A DNA stretch of 63,979 nucleotides, filler included, from Catajapyx aquilonaris (Eukaryota): NCBI GenBank assembly GCA_000934665.2. It is 3 parts of 3 records of this genome, joined end to end, with 100 filler letters (N's around TTAATTAATTAA, not from the genome) between each part and the next. Parts side by side here need not be neighbours in the genome. Positions count along the whole stretch, not along the records: positions 42,911 to 63,979 come from KZ539484.1; 2 more parts are not named here. One strand, written 5' to 3'. Positions 63,641 to 63,979 of this stretch are shown here, in pieces (position 1 is the stretch's first letter; every line of letters starts with the position of its first letter). Under the pieces are notes generated by a model, which worked only from the letters and a program-made list of their open reading frames with translations, was not told the origin of the DNA and did no database searches. A program made the position numbers and the translations under genes.

Positions 63641-63703
63641 TTTGTGGTGCATGGGGCATCCACCCCCGGCCGGCTTCTGCTCCGCCGACGCCGTGTTGCC
63701 CAT
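63641..63703 (-). CDS. HCCS: holocytochrome c synthase (cytochrome c heme lyase), exon 1
   Basis: MGNTASAEQKPAGGGCPMHHK (myristoylation-type start, CP motif); donor AAA|GTAAGC. Confidence 0.88.
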
Positions 63704-63789
63704 CGTCCTGAGGCACGGAGATCAGGCCCGAAAACGGCCGGAAAAGGATGAATTCAGAGCAGGAATAGGCCCAGCTCGGATTGGAATTC

Positions 63790-63979
63790 CATTTTAGAAC
63801 GACGCCATCTTGCAATATGGCGGAATTGAGGGGAGTGTTTTCCTTGGGCGACGGCGAAACACTGAACGGTTTCGAAGATTCCACAATCGTCTGGCCAGAG
63901 GAACATGGCTCTTCTATCCGGCCAATCACAGACGGGCGCCCTCCGCGCCACAGGAGAAGTGTGGCAGGGCCTTGTACTT
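63790..63979 (-). promoter_or_regulatory. HCCS promoter/5'UTR
   Basis: YY1 motif CGCCATCTTG 63803-63812, GGCCAATCA near 63920, CpG-rich. Confidence 0.55.

Overview
Eukaryotic, probably arthropod, genomic DNA with GT-AG introns, dense DNA-transposon content and scaffold gaps. All four host genes are on the minus strand and were spliced by hand with consistent intron phases. (1) The 5' half of a pointed/ETS1-2 orthologue: exons 17679-17536, 16225-16048, 770-654 and 268-68, carrying the MAPK PLTP site and the PNT/SAM domain; the ETS domain lies off-window. It has a candidate alternative first exon (1228-1156) downstream of an ETS/CRE-motif-rich intronic island. (2) A five-finger C2H2 zinc-finger gene (29687-28683) with a duplicated, partly decayed copy of its main exon (25446 to about 22020). 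(3) An 8-exon, 678-aa secreted, probably GPI-anchored, Cys-rich protein of unknown function (56918-46793). (4) HCCS, holocytochrome c synthase (63703-59906, 276 aa). Mobile DNA includes a Ty3/Gypsy (Mag-like) LTR element (31925-39709) split by a 4.6-kb CMC/EnSpm-type transposon with a satellite-like subterminal array, a decayed LINE, RTE 5'-end fragments, and many nested mariner, pogo, hAT and Harbinger MITEs. I see no clearly new system. The best leads are the possibly autoregulated alternative pointed promoter/exon, the zinc-finger exon duplication, and an orphan 113-aa ORF.
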